From an uncultured Chloroflexia bacterium (lineage in GTDB: Bacteria > Chloroflexota > Limnocylindria > Limnocylindrales > CSP1-4), in the NCBI GenBank assembly GCA_963764515.1, contig CAVXSS010000002.1:480052-544051 (forward strand): a stretch of DNA of 64,000 bases, read 5' to 3'. Under the pieces are notes generated by a model, which was not told where the DNA came from, made no database searches, and saw nothing but the letters and a program-made list of their open reading frames with translations. How positions within the stretch are numbered: position 1 is the first letter of the stretch; every line of letters starts with the position of its first letter. This document shows positions 37,881-46,964 of this stretch, in pieces. The position numbers and the translations under genes are program-made.

Positions 37881-39311
37881 ATGGCAAGCGTCCGATTCCA
37901 GCACGCCTGGTCAACATCGCCGGCGGTGCGCTTCGCGGCCATCGCCTTCGCGGCCATCCTGGCCGCGGCCTGCGCGGCACCGGGAGCCGTCTCGTCACCG
38001 ACGTCGGCAGCGACCGCCACGCCGGCGAGTCCCGCAGAACCGAGCTCGGCGGCGCCGTCCACCAGCGCTGCTGCCGCAGGGCCGACCTGCGGCACGGATC
38101 CGGTCGAGATGAATGCCGTCTTCGAGACGGGTTTCCCGACCGTGCCTGCGCTCGCGGATGAGTTCACGAAGCAGTTCCCGAATGTCACGTTCAAGGTCAG
38201 CCAGGACCAGTTCTCGAACCTGATGACCTCGACGCCGCGTCTCTTGTCGAGCGACACACCGCCGGACCTGATCCGGTTGCCGACGTTGATCTCGCTCGTC
38301 AAGGATGACCTGCTCAAGAACCTCGATGACTACGCGACAGCGTTCGGCTGGGACAAGTGGCCCGCGGCCCAGCTCGTGCAGAATTGGGTCGGCACTGACG
38401 GCACCCGCGGCTCCGGGTCTCTCTACGCGATGGGCCTCAACAACAGCCTGACGGGTGTCTTCTACAACAAGAAACTCGCCACGCAGATCGGGATGACCGA
38501 GCCACCCACGACGGTCGCTGATTTCGAGGCCCTGCTGGCCAAGGCCAAGTCGGACGGACTCCTGCCGATCATGGTCTGGAATTCGGCCAAGAGTGGCGGC
38601 GGACTCGCGTTCCCGCTTCAGCAACTGATGGCGGCGTACGGGCCGACCGAACCGATCAACGAGTGGATCTTCCAGAAGAAGGGTGCATCGATCGACACGC
38701 CGAGTAACCTCACCGCAGCCCAGCACCTCGAGCAGTGGATCAAGGGCGGCTACTTCCCAAAGGACGCAAACGCGATCGAGTACACGGACGCGAATGCCCG
38801 CTTCGGCAAGGGCGAGGGCGTGTTCATGTTCAACGGCGACTGGCAGAACGGTGGCTACAACACGGACCAGCCCGGGAACGTCGGCTTCTTCGTGTTCCCT
38901 CCCGCGGAAGCGGGCGGCTCCCTGGCCGCCATGTCGGCTCCGCTCACGTTCGGCATCGCGAAGACCGCCAAGCATGCCGACTGCGCGGCATTCTTCTTCA
39001 ACTGGGTCGCCACGAACGACAAGGCACGTGACATCAACGTGAAGGGGTTCGGCTCGAACCCCGGCGGTCCCGCGGATCTGGCGATCCCGCCGGTCGAAAC
39101 CGGATCGGTCACCAACGAGACGCTCGCTGCGGGCGCCGAGGTCGCCAAGGCCAACGGGGCGATGGACTTCATCGCCAACGCGACCGGGGCGATCTTCGCC
39201 CAGGGCTGGACGCCAGAGCTCCAGAAGATGGTTGGTGGCAAGCAGGACGCAGCCGGCCTGCTCAAGGCCGTGCAGGCAGAGTATGAGAAGGAGCTCGCGG
39301 CGGGCTCCTGA
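37881..39311 (+). CDS. ABC transporter extracellular solute-binding lipoprotein (family 1, sugar)
   Basis: The signal peptide carries the lipobox ILAAAC. A Ser/Pro/Ala-rich linker is followed by a ~420-aa binding-protein fold (...DLIRLPT...MVWNSAK...). Confidence 0.8.
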   Translation: MASVRFQHAWSTSPAVRFAAIAFAAILAAACAAPGAVSSPTSAATATPASPAEPSSAAPSTSAAAAGPTCGTDPVEMNAVFETGFPTVPALADEFTKQFPNVTFKVSQDQFSNLMTSTPRLLSSDTPPDLIRLPTLISLVKDDLLKNLDDYATAFGWDKWPAAQLVQNWVGTDGTRGSGSLYAMGLNNSLTGVFYNKKLATQIGMTEPPTTVADFEALLAKAKSDGLLPIMVWNSAKSGGGLAFPLQQLMAAYGPTEPINEWIFQKKGASIDTPSNLTAAQHLEQWIKGGYFPKDANAIEYTDANARFGKGEGVFMFNGDWQNGGYNTDQPGNVGFFVFPPAEAGGSLAAMSAPLTFGIAKTAKHADCAAFFFNWVATNDKARDINVKGFGSNPGGPADLAIPPVETGSVTNETLAAGAEVAKANGAMDFIANATGAIFAQGWTPELQKMVGGKQDAAGLLKAVQAEYEKELAAGS

Positions 39312-39341
39312 GTCTCGCCAGGGGACGATCATGAGCGACAC

Positions 39342-40274
39342 GTGACACCGGGCGATCGGACCCTCGCGCTTCAGACGCCCCGGCGGATCTCCCTGCTCAG
39401 GCGGATCCGCCGGGACGCGCTCGTCGGGTGGCTGTTCGTGCTTCCGGCCCTGTCCATGTACGCGCTGTTCGTGCTTCAGCCGCTGGTCCTGACGGTCCAG
39501 TACTCGTTCTATCGCTGGGATGGGATCGGTCCCGCGACATGGATCGGGCTGTCGAACTACGCGACGGTCCTGAACGATCCCGACATGCGGGAGACGATCC
39601 TCAACGCCTTCCGCCTGGTGGTGTTCTTCAGCTTCATCCCGGTGACTCTCGGACTCATCGTCGCGAGCGTCATCCACCGGGTGGCGACCGGGCGACTCGG
39701 TGCGGCCGCCCGGACGGTCCTGTTCCTGCCGCAGGTGATGCCGCTGGTCGCGGCCGGCATCATCTGGGGTTGGCTGTTGGCCTTGTCTGGCCTTGTCAAT
39801 CAGTTCCTCAAAGAGATCGGCCTGAGCGACGTCACCCGCGCCTGGCTGGGCGACTTCGATACCGCCCTGCCGGCGGTCGGCCTGATCGGGATCTGGGTCC
39901 TCCTCGGGTTCTGCATCGTCCTGCTGCTGACCGGTATGACGAAGGTCGACGCCGCGCTCTATGAATCGGCACGGATCGACGGCGCGAGCTGGTTCCGGGA
40001 GCTCAAATCGATCACGATCCCGAGTCTTCGGTATGAGATCGGCGTCTGCCTCACCGTCACGATCATCGCCGCCCTCGCGGCGTTCGACATCGTCTATGTC
40101 TCCACGGCGGGTGGGCCCGGCAAGGCGACCACGGTGCCCGGCATCCAGATCTACTACACGGCTTTCCTCGAGCGCCAGGTCGGCCTCGCCTCAGCGCTCG
40201 CCGTCGCGCTGACCGTCCTCGTCCTGGTGGTCATCCTCCCGATCCAGCGTCTCACGCGGGGAAGCGACCGATGA
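39342..40274 (+). CDS. ABC transporter permease (MalF/CUT1-type)
   Basis: The product has six TM segments and the EAA-loop-like motif YESARIDGASWFRELKSITIPSL. Confidence 0.8.
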   Translation: MTPGDRTLALQTPRRISLLRRIRRDALVGWLFVLPALSMYALFVLQPLVLTVQYSFYRWDGIGPATWIGLSNYATVLNDPDMRETILNAFRLVVFFSFIPVTLGLIVASVIHRVATGRLGAAARTVLFLPQVMPLVAAGIIWGWLLALSGLVNQFLKEIGLSDVTRAWLGDFDTALPAVGLIGIWVLLGFCIVLLLTGMTKVDAALYESARIDGASWFRELKSITIPSLRYEIGVCLTVTIIAALAAFDIVYVSTAGGPGKATTVPGIQIYYTAFLERQVGLASALAVALTVLVLVVILPIQRLTRGSDR

Positions 40275-41095
40275 GGATCGCCCGAAGCGAGCTCTACGCG
40301 GGTCGGGCGCTGCTGCTGGCCCTGATGGCGATCACGATCCTGCCATTCCTGAGTGTGTTCACGACCGCGCTCCATCCGTCGGGGACGCTGCCGAACGGGC
40401 TCGAATGGCCGGCGGATCCGCAATGGGGGAACTTCGTCGAGGCGTTCAAGGTCGCGAACATGACCGCGCTCCTCGCGTCGAGCGTGTTCATCGTGCTCGC
40501 GGTGGTGCCGGTGTCCCTGGTCATCTCGACCATGGCCGGGTTCGCGATCGGTCTCCTCCACATCCCGGGCTCGCGTCTCCTGCTCCTGCTGTTCGTGTTC
40601 GGGCTGACGCTGCCGTTCGAGGGAATCATCACCCCGCTCTACTACCTTGCCCGCTCGATGGGCATCCTCAACACCCGCCTGGCGATCGTGCTGCCGCTGA
40701 TAGGCCTGTTCATGCCGTTCGCGGTGTTCTGGATGCGTGCCCATTTCGCGAACATGCCCGGTGAGCTCTCGGAGGCGGCCAGGGTCGATGGGGCAGGAAC
40801 GTGGGACCTGTTCTGGCGGATCCACGTCCCGCTGGCGCGCGCGCCGATCGTTTCGCTCGGGATCCTGATGGCGATCTGGGCCTGGAACCAGTTCCTGCTC
40901 GCGCTGGTCCTCGTGGAAGATCCGACCCAGCGGACCATGGCTGGCGCTCTCGGCGCCTTCCAGGGCCACTACGCGACCGATGTCCCGCTCCTGTGCGCCG
41001 GCACGATCCTGATCCTCCTGCCCACGGTCGTGCTCTTCATCCTCTTCTCACGGCACATCATCTCGGCGCTGCTGCAGGGGTCGGTGAAGGGATGA
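40271..41095 (+). CDS. ABC transporter permease (MalG/CUT1-type)
   Basis: The product has six TM segments and the EAA loop SEAARVDGAGTWDLFWRIHVPLAR. Its start overlaps the upstream permease stop as ATGA. Confidence 0.8.
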   Translation: MRIARSELYAGRALLLALMAITILPFLSVFTTALHPSGTLPNGLEWPADPQWGNFVEAFKVANMTALLASSVFIVLAVVPVSLVISTMAGFAIGLLHIPGSRLLLLLFVFGLTLPFEGIITPLYYLARSMGILNTRLAIVLPLIGLFMPFAVFWMRAHFANMPGELSEAARVDGAGTWDLFWRIHVPLARAPIVSLGILMAIWAWNQFLLALVLVEDPTQRTMAGALGAFQGHYATDVPLLCAGTILILLPTVVLFILFSRHIISALLQGSVKG

Positions 41096-41291
41096 CGACG
41101 CACGTCCCCGAGTCCGGCACGCCGAGTGCGGCAGGAGCCGGCGGTCAGCTCGGGTTCGCTGATCGCGATAACCGCGTCGGGTTCGCGTACCTTGGCAACC
41201 ATATGGGCGACTACTCCGAAGCTCGAGCCCGGGACCTGACGGCGGCCCTCCACTCCGCGATCGGCGCCTGACCGGCTGACAGGACGACGCG

Positions 41292-42758
41292 ATGCGCACC
41301 GTGGAGCCCCGACCCCAACTCCTCACGTACCCGGATTCACTGGGCGGCGATCTTCGCGCGCTCGGCGATCTGCTCGAGGGACCGTTGAGCGGCCTGTTCC
41401 ATGGGGTCCACGTCCTGCCGCCGTTCCCCTCATCGGGCGATCGCGGGTTCGCGCCGCTCACCTACGACCGCATCGACCCGCGCTTCGGGACCTGGGAGGA
41501 CGTCGAGCGGATCGCCGAACGCCACGACGTGCTGCTCGACTTGATGATCAACCACATCTCCCGCGAGAGTCGTGAGTTCCAGGACTTCCTTCGCCGGGGA
41601 CGCGCGTCCGCCTATGCCGATCTGTTCATCACGCTCGACAAGGTCTGGCCGGACGGCCCGCCCGTGGATGCCGACGTCGCTCGCATCTTCCTGCGCAAGC
41701 CGGAGTCGCCGTTCTCGACCGTGACGATCGAGGAATCCGGGAGTCAGGAGCGCGTCTGGACGTCGTTCGGGACGGCCGACTGGTCCGAGCAGATCGACCT
41801 CGACGTCACGTCGACCGCGACGCGCTCGCTGATCACAGGTTGGTTGCGGCAGTTCGCCGAGCGCGGGGTCCGGATCGTGCGGCTCGACGCCGTGGGCTAC
41901 GTGATCAAGAAACCCGGGACCAGCTGCTTCATGGTGGAGCCCGAGATCTACGAGTTCCTCCAATGGCTGACCGATGTGGCCGACGCGTTCGGGCTCTTCA
42001 TCCTTCCCGAAGTCCACGACGGTCACGCTACCCATCAGCGCCTGTCGGACCACGGATTCTGGACGTACGACTTCGTCATGCCCGGGCTTCTGCTCAACGC
42101 CTTCGAAACAGGTCACACGCGGCGGCTCGCGGAGCATCTGGCACGGTCGCCGGATCGCCAGTTCACGAACCTCGATTGCCACGACGGCATCCCGGTCCGT
42201 CCGGACCTCGACGGGATCCTGACCCCCGACGAGATGACCGGCCTTGCGGGGCGGGTCCAGGCGCTGGGCGGGAACGTGAACCGCATCCTGTCCGGTGCCC
42301 ACGCCGATGGTGGCGACGTCCATCAGCTCAACTGCACCTACTACTCGGCGCTCGGCGGCGACGACGATCGCTACGTCGCTGCTCGTGCCATCCAGCTCTT
42401 CGCGAAGGGCGTTCCCCAGATCTATTACGTCGGCCTTCTGGCTGGCGAGAACGACCACGACGCGGTCGAGCGAACCGGCGAGGGCCGCGCGATCAATCGC
42501 CATGACTTCACTGGGGACCAGATCCGATCGGCCCTCGATCGGCCCGTGGTCACGCGAGTCGTCGACCTGGTGCGGCTCAGGAATACGCACCCCGTGTTCG
42601 AGGGTGAGGTCTGCGTCGAAACCGACGACGACCGCTCGATCCGACTCCGTTGGCAGAATGGAAAGGACGCGATGACGCTCGACGTCGACTTCGCGGATGG
42701 CGGCGCCGCGGTGACGAGCGGTGGCCGGCGAAACCCGATCGCGGCGTGGTCCCCCTGA
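41292..42758 (+). CDS. GH13 subfamily 18 glycoside phosphorylase (sucrose-phosphorylase-like)
   Basis: The N-terminus QLLTYPDSLGGDLRALGDLLEGPLSGLFHGVHVLPPFPS matches the sucrose-phosphorylase family. Later motifs are RLDAVGYV (catalytic Asp) and LDCHDGIPV. Confidence 0.8.
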   Translation: MRTVEPRPQLLTYPDSLGGDLRALGDLLEGPLSGLFHGVHVLPPFPSSGDRGFAPLTYDRIDPRFGTWEDVERIAERHDVLLDLMINHISRESREFQDFLRRGRASAYADLFITLDKVWPDGPPVDADVARIFLRKPESPFSTVTIEESGSQERVWTSFGTADWSEQIDLDVTSTATRSLITGWLRQFAERGVRIVRLDAVGYVIKKPGTSCFMVEPEIYEFLQWLTDVADAFGLFILPEVHDGHATHQRLSDHGFWTYDFVMPGLLLNAFETGHTRRLAEHLARSPDRQFTNLDCHDGIPVRPDLDGILTPDEMTGLAGRVQALGGNVNRILSGAHADGGDVHQLNCTYYSALGGDDDRYVAARAIQLFAKGVPQIYYVGLLAGENDHDAVERTGEGRAINRHDFTGDQIRSALDRPVVTRVVDLVRLRNTHPVFEGEVCVETDDDRSIRLRWQNGKDAMTLDVDFADGGAAVTSGGRRNPIAAWSP

Positions 42759-42799
42759 CCTCCCCGAGGGTGGCTCGGCCTACAGGTGATGATCGCGGC

Positions 42800-43612
42800 A
42801 TGCCACCCGAACCGATTCGCCCGACGGAGTTCGGCGAGATCGCCCAGTTGCTCGGCTCATCCGTCCGGACGGCCGAGCCCGTCGCATGGGGGGATGCGGG
42901 CGCCACCCAGCGTCTATCCCTTGCCGACGGCCGCCGTCTTGCCGTTCGACGATTCGCCGGCGCTGGGGCCGTCGGTCGCGCCGAGCGAATCAGCCTGCTC
43001 ATGACCCGGCTGGCCCAAGCCGGCTTGCCGGTCCCATCGCCCATGGTCGTCGAGATACCTGGCGGTCCATGCGTGCTCACTCCCTGGATCGAGGGCGACA
43101 CCGGAGCGAGCTGGCTTGGTGATCCCGACCGGGCACGCCACCTCGCCGACCGGATGGGTCGGCTCGCGAGCCGGCTACGAGCGGTGGACCTGGGTGGCGA
43201 TGGTTTCGATGAGTACGGAGCAGCGAACCCGTCGGCCGCGGATACGTCGGAACAGCACGAGTTCGTCCATGGCGATTTCGCCCCTATCAACGTCGTCATG
43301 GGCGCAGACGGCGAGATCCGCGGGCTGCTCGACTTCGAACACGCAGGCATCGGGCCTGCTCAGCTCGATATCGCCTGGTGGGGCTGGGTCGTCCGCCATC
43401 ACCATCCCGAAGCGTGGACCGCCGCCTGGCCGACGTTCCTCGCCGCCGCGGGTCTCGAGCCCGGCCACATCGAGGCGCGCCTCCACGAGCTCGTCTTGCA
43501 GACGCTGGCGGACCGAGCCGCGGCCTGCGACGATGCAGGCGAACGACGGCGCTGGCAGCATCGGCTTGTGACTGCCCGGGCGTGGAGGGTGAGTGACGGT
43601 CAGGCCACGTAG
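42800..43612 (+). CDS. Small aminoglycoside-phosphotransferase (APH)-fold kinase, ~270 aa
   Basis: The ORF 42650..43612 was trimmed to the ATG at 42800. The product carries the APH/eukaryotic-like-kinase catalytic motifs HGDFAPINV and LLDFEHAGIG. Confidence 0.6.
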   Translation: MPPEPIRPTEFGEIAQLLGSSVRTAEPVAWGDAGATQRLSLADGRRLAVRRFAGAGAVGRAERISLLMTRLAQAGLPVPSPMVVEIPGGPCVLTPWIEGDTGASWLGDPDRARHLADRMGRLASRLRAVDLGGDGFDEYGAANPSAADTSEQHEFVHGDFAPINVVMGADGEIRGLLDFEHAGIGPAQLDIAWWGWVVRHHHPEAWTAAWPTFLAAAGLEPGHIEARLHELVLQTLADRAAACDDAGERRRWQHRLVTARAWRVSDGQAT

Positions 43613-44886
43613 GCGATGGTCTGCGGTCCTTGTGGCAGGACGCAGATCCGGGCGTCCGGGTCGTCACGCAGCACGCGCTCGACGGCCTCGCCCACGTCCG
43701 GGATCGGCTCGAGGTGAGCGGCACGGACCTCTGCGTCGGTCAGGCCGTCGCATCGCAGCAGGACGTCCGCTTTCGTCTGGACTCGAGCCTGGATCTGGAC
43801 CTGCCATTGATCGGGGATCGTGACCGGCGAGGCGGCGATGCGCTCGAGCAGGTCGGCCGGGGAATGCCCTTCATGCAGGAGCTGCCCGTATGAGCCGTGG
43901 TCCGGAAGCCCGTCCCGGCACTCGGCGGCGCACACGATGGTGCCGCCGGGTTTGACGATCTCGGCGGCCGCCGACATCCCCTTGACCGCCTGGTAGAGGT
44001 TCTGGTCGAGCGGATAGCCACTGTTGGTCGTGATCACGATGTCGAACGGGGCTGGCACGGCACGCATCGCCTCTTGCCTCGCCGCGACGCAGGCGGCCGC
44101 ATGCATCGTCAGCGTCTCGCCGGCGAAGGCCCGGGTGATCCGCTGCCGGTCGTCGAGCAGCACGTCGAGCGAGAAGTCGACACGCGTTGCCGCGGCGATG
44201 GCCCGGACGCTGTCGTGGACGGGATTCCCCTCGATGACACCCCAGGTTGCCCTCGGGTCGCCGATCCGCCGGGCGTTGTGCAGCGTGAGGGTCGTATCGA
44301 GGCCGGCCAGGCCCGGCGCGACCATCTTTGGCCCGCCGCTGAACCCGGCGAAGAAATGTGGTTCGACGAACCCCGTCGTGATCCGCAGATCCGCCTCCAC
44401 CCACTCGCGCGCGAGCAGGACAGGCACGTCGTCAACCATGCCGAGATCGACCAGGCTTGCCCGCTCTCGTGCGTCGTGATCGATGACCCGCCACGTCTCG
44501 AGCACGTCATCGCCGAGCATCTCGCGACGCTCCTGTGCCGTGGATGCCCGATGGGTCCCGGTCGCGATCAGCACCACGACGTCGTCAGGCCGGATCACGC
44601 CGTCGAGGACTTCCATGATCGCCTCCAGCATCACCTGCCGGGGCTGCGGCCTGGTCACGTCACACACGGAGATCGCCACGCGTTGGCCGGGTCGTGCGAT
44701 GTCGCGCAATCGCGGTCCGGCGACCGTGCGCTCCATCGCAGCACGGAGGGCAGCATGCGCGTCCGGCGCCGCCTCACGTGGTCGCGGCGTGATCACGGTC
44801 GTGGCCCCCACCGGCAACTGGACTGACATCCCGGACGACCCATACGCCAGTCGGACGTCGATCCTGTCCCCGCTCACTGCCACCAC
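43600..44886 (-). CDS. LarA-family (nickel-pincer-cofactor-dependent lactate-racemase-like) alpha-hydroxy-acid racemase/epimerase
   Basis: The 428-aa product reads ...VVLIATGTHR...FVEPHFFAGFSGGPKMV...ITTNSGYPLDQNLYQAVKGM..., which are LarA_N/LarA-like patterns. Confidence 0.7.
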   Translation of the reverse strand: MVAVSGDRIDVRLAYGSSGMSVQLPVGATTVITPRPREAAPDAHAALRAAMERTVAGPRLRDIARPGQRVAISVCDVTRPQPRQVMLEAIMEVLDGVIRPDDVVVLIATGTHRASTAQERREMLGDDVLETWRVIDHDARERASLVDLGMVDDVPVLLAREWVEADLRITTGFVEPHFFAGFSGGPKMVAPGLAGLDTTLTLHNARRIGDPRATWGVIEGNPVHDSVRAIAAATRVDFSLDVLLDDRQRITRAFAGETLTMHAAACVAARQEAMRAVPAPFDIVITTNSGYPLDQNLYQAVKGMSAAAEIVKPGGTIVCAAECRDGLPDHGSYGQLLHEGHSPADLLERIAASPVTIPDQWQVQIQARVQTKADVLLRCDGLTDAEVRAAHLEPIPDVGEAVERVLRDDPDARICVLPQGPQTIAYVA

Positions 44887-45450
44887 TCAGCTGCCAGCCA
44901 CGCGGCACTGGTTGACCAGTCGCCCGACGCCGTGGATATCGACGACGACCTCGTCACCGTCGCGCAAGAAGCGGGGCGGCTCGCGGAAGACCCCGACCCC
45001 GATGAGGGCGTCCTGCATGACCTCGCCGTTGACCAGGCAGCGGATCCTAAGGATCGTGGGATCCGGCAACTCGTCAGGCGTCACGATCCACGGTCCGAGC
45101 GGGCAGAACGTATCCAGGCTCTTTCCGCGCACCCACTGGCCATCGCCGAACTGCAAGTCACGGGCGGAGACGTCATTGAGACAGGTATACCCGAGAACGC
45201 GGTCGAACGCGCGCGAGGGCGGGACGCCGCGCGCGGTCCGGCCGATCACCACGGCGAGCTCGGCCTCGTAGTCGACTTGCGCCGTGTCGGCCGCTCGCCA
45301 AACGATGTCGGCCCGATCGCCGACCAGGCTGCTCGGGAACTTGGCGAAGATGATCGGCGCGGCCGGCGCGGTCGTGCCCTCCTCGGCAGCGTGCTCGTGG
45401 TACATCTCGCAGATGACGCAGTCAGAGCGGTCCGAGGTCATGGGAGGCAC
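44887..45450 (-). CDS. Fumarylacetoacetate-hydrolase (FAH) family protein, 187 aa
   Basis: The product reads ...IIFAKFPSSLVG...VDYEAELAVVIGR...GYTCLNDVSARDLQ...WVRGKSLDTFCPLGPWIV.... Its stop abuts the LarA start, suggesting an operon. Confidence 0.7.
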   Translation of the reverse strand: MPPMTSDRSDCVICEMYHEHAAEEGTTAPAAPIIFAKFPSSLVGDRADIVWRAADTAQVDYEAELAVVIGRTARGVPPSRAFDRVLGYTCLNDVSARDLQFGDGQWVRGKSLDTFCPLGPWIVTPDELPDPTILRIRCLVNGEVMQDALIGVGVFREPPRFLRDGDEVVVDIHGVGRLVNQCRVAGS

Positions 45451-45594
45451 TGCTGAGCGTCTCTACGGCATCCGCGACGCCGGCCTGAGCAGGCGAGGTC
45501 GAGCCTGAGGAGCGGGTCCGCGCTCCGGCTTGGCGCACGACGGTGCGGCACGCTTCGCGAGCGCTCGGACGCGTGCTGCGCTGGACGCCCGGTG

Positions 45595-46707
45595 CTACGG
45601 AACCGCCGCTGTGGCCAGCCGGGCCGGCCGGCCGGTGAACGCGCCGTACTCTTCCACGGCCTTCGCGAGACCCTCGTGAACCGGGCCGGGCAAACGGGCG
45701 AATGGGGCCGCCTCGATGACGATCTCGCGGGCGCGAAGGGTCCGTTTCCAGGTGCCCACGACCTCGCCGTCGACCACGATCGTGGGCTTGAACATCCCGT
45801 TGCCGCCCGGGACGATCGCCTCGCTGTGCTCGCGTGCCAGGGCGGCCGTTCGATCCCCGTAGCCGAGCAGGTACTCGTCGAAGCCCGGCAGGAGGTGGAC
45901 ACGGGCGATCGGCGCGGCCCCGTCAAGGGTCTCCGGCCCAAGGTGGTACGTCACGCCATCGAGCTCGAGGGTCGCAAGCGTCGCTCCGCAGATCCCGATG
46001 CCGCGTCGCGCGTCCCCGACGGTCAAGCCCGACCACCGGGCGAGGTCGGCAGCGGTGGCCGGTCCGTGGCTTCGGAAGTAGCGCAGTGCGAGTTCGCCGA
46101 GCGCCTCGTCACCAGCGAGCCGCCGCGGCTGTGGCACCCAGTCGTCGAGCAGCGCGAACGTCTGCTGCCTGCCAACGGTTGCTCCGAGGACGAGCGTGCC
46201 GCTCTGAGCGAGCGACCAGAGGAGGTGATAGCCGCGCTGGCCGAGGGTGCTGACGCCGCCCGCACCGAAGGTGGCGAGAAGCGCGTCTCGCGTCAGGACC
46301 CGACGGCTGGACAAGGCTGACCGGGCGATCTCGCGGGCCTTCTCGACGTCTGCCTCCGTGATCCCGAGAGCGGCCCGGCGTCCGGCGGCCGACGCGGTCG
46401 CCCGGGGTGCCGTGAGCGCCAGCAGCCACCCGAGGTCCTCGCTCGCCACGAGGTGGAGCGTGCCGCGCAGGGGCCAGGAGCGCACGATCTCACCGGCGTC
46501 ACAGGCCGTCTCGACCGCAACCTCGGTCGCGCCGGTCTGGCGGATGCCGACCGACCACTTGACGCCCGGGAAGTCCTGGGCCTGAAAGGCCAGCATCCAG
46601 CGGACGACGTCCAACGGCCTCGAGAGCTCACCTCTGCCGATGTGCTGGGCGACCATCCGGAGCGCCGTCAGACGCTGGCGGCTCGGCGTAAAGGCGGATC
46701 CGGACAT
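45595..46707 (-). CDS. Winged-helix DNA-binding domain protein of the AlkZ/YcaQ-like (DUF1006) family
   Basis: The 370-aa product reads MLAFQAQDF...WPLRGTLHLV...FRSHGPATAADLARWSGL.... The family assignment rests on the overall pattern and is moderate. Confidence 0.55.
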   Translation of the reverse strand: MSGSAFTPSRQRLTALRMVAQHIGRGELSRPLDVVRWMLAFQAQDFPGVKWSVGIRQTGATEVAVETACDAGEIVRSWPLRGTLHLVASEDLGWLLALTAPRATASAAGRRAALGITEADVEKAREIARSALSSRRVLTRDALLATFGAGGVSTLGQRGYHLLWSLAQSGTLVLGATVGRQQTFALLDDWVPQPRRLAGDEALGELALRYFRSHGPATAADLARWSGLTVGDARRGIGICGATLATLELDGVTYHLGPETLDGAAPIARVHLLPGFDEYLLGYGDRTAALAREHSEAIVPGGNGMFKPTIVVDGEVVGTWKRTLRAREIVIEAAPFARLPGPVHEGLAKAVEEYGAFTGRPARLATAAVP

Positions 46708-46825
46708 GCGCGAAGTATCGGTCGGAGCCGAGAACCTGCATCCGAGCGGTCGCTCGAACGGCGCCGCCGCCTGTAGTCGCGCGTTCCGTGAACGATCGGA
46801 CTGGCCTCGCAGAAGAAGTGCGTCG

Positions 46826-46910
46826 GTGGCTTCCTTTCCGTCGGTGCTTCGCCAGGTCGTCGAAGGACGCCTGATAGACTTCGCGCCGCGGGCGGGAGTA
46901 GCTCAGTTGG
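46826..46910. repeat. Left copy of an ~85-bp imperfect direct repeat (43-bp perfect core cgcctgatagacttcgcgccgcgggcgggagtagctcagttgg at 46868-46910)
   Basis: The sequence matches 58579-58666, with 5 mismatches in the 20 nt before the core and gapped similarity further upstream (shared gtcggtgg). The shared stretch also produces the spurious common peptide QLSYSRPRREVYQA in two track ORFs. Confidence 0.7.
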
Positions 46911-46964
46911 CCGTCCCGAGCCGGAAACCGTCTTGTGCACGCACCGCCGAATGGCTCGACGTCG

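Noticed and set aside
44887-45450. FAH-fold gene as a truncated pseudogene.
   Set aside because: 187 aa is within the range of short single-domain FAH-fold proteins. The ORF has an ATG start and is tightly coupled to the downstream gene, with no evidence of an upstream in-frame continuation.
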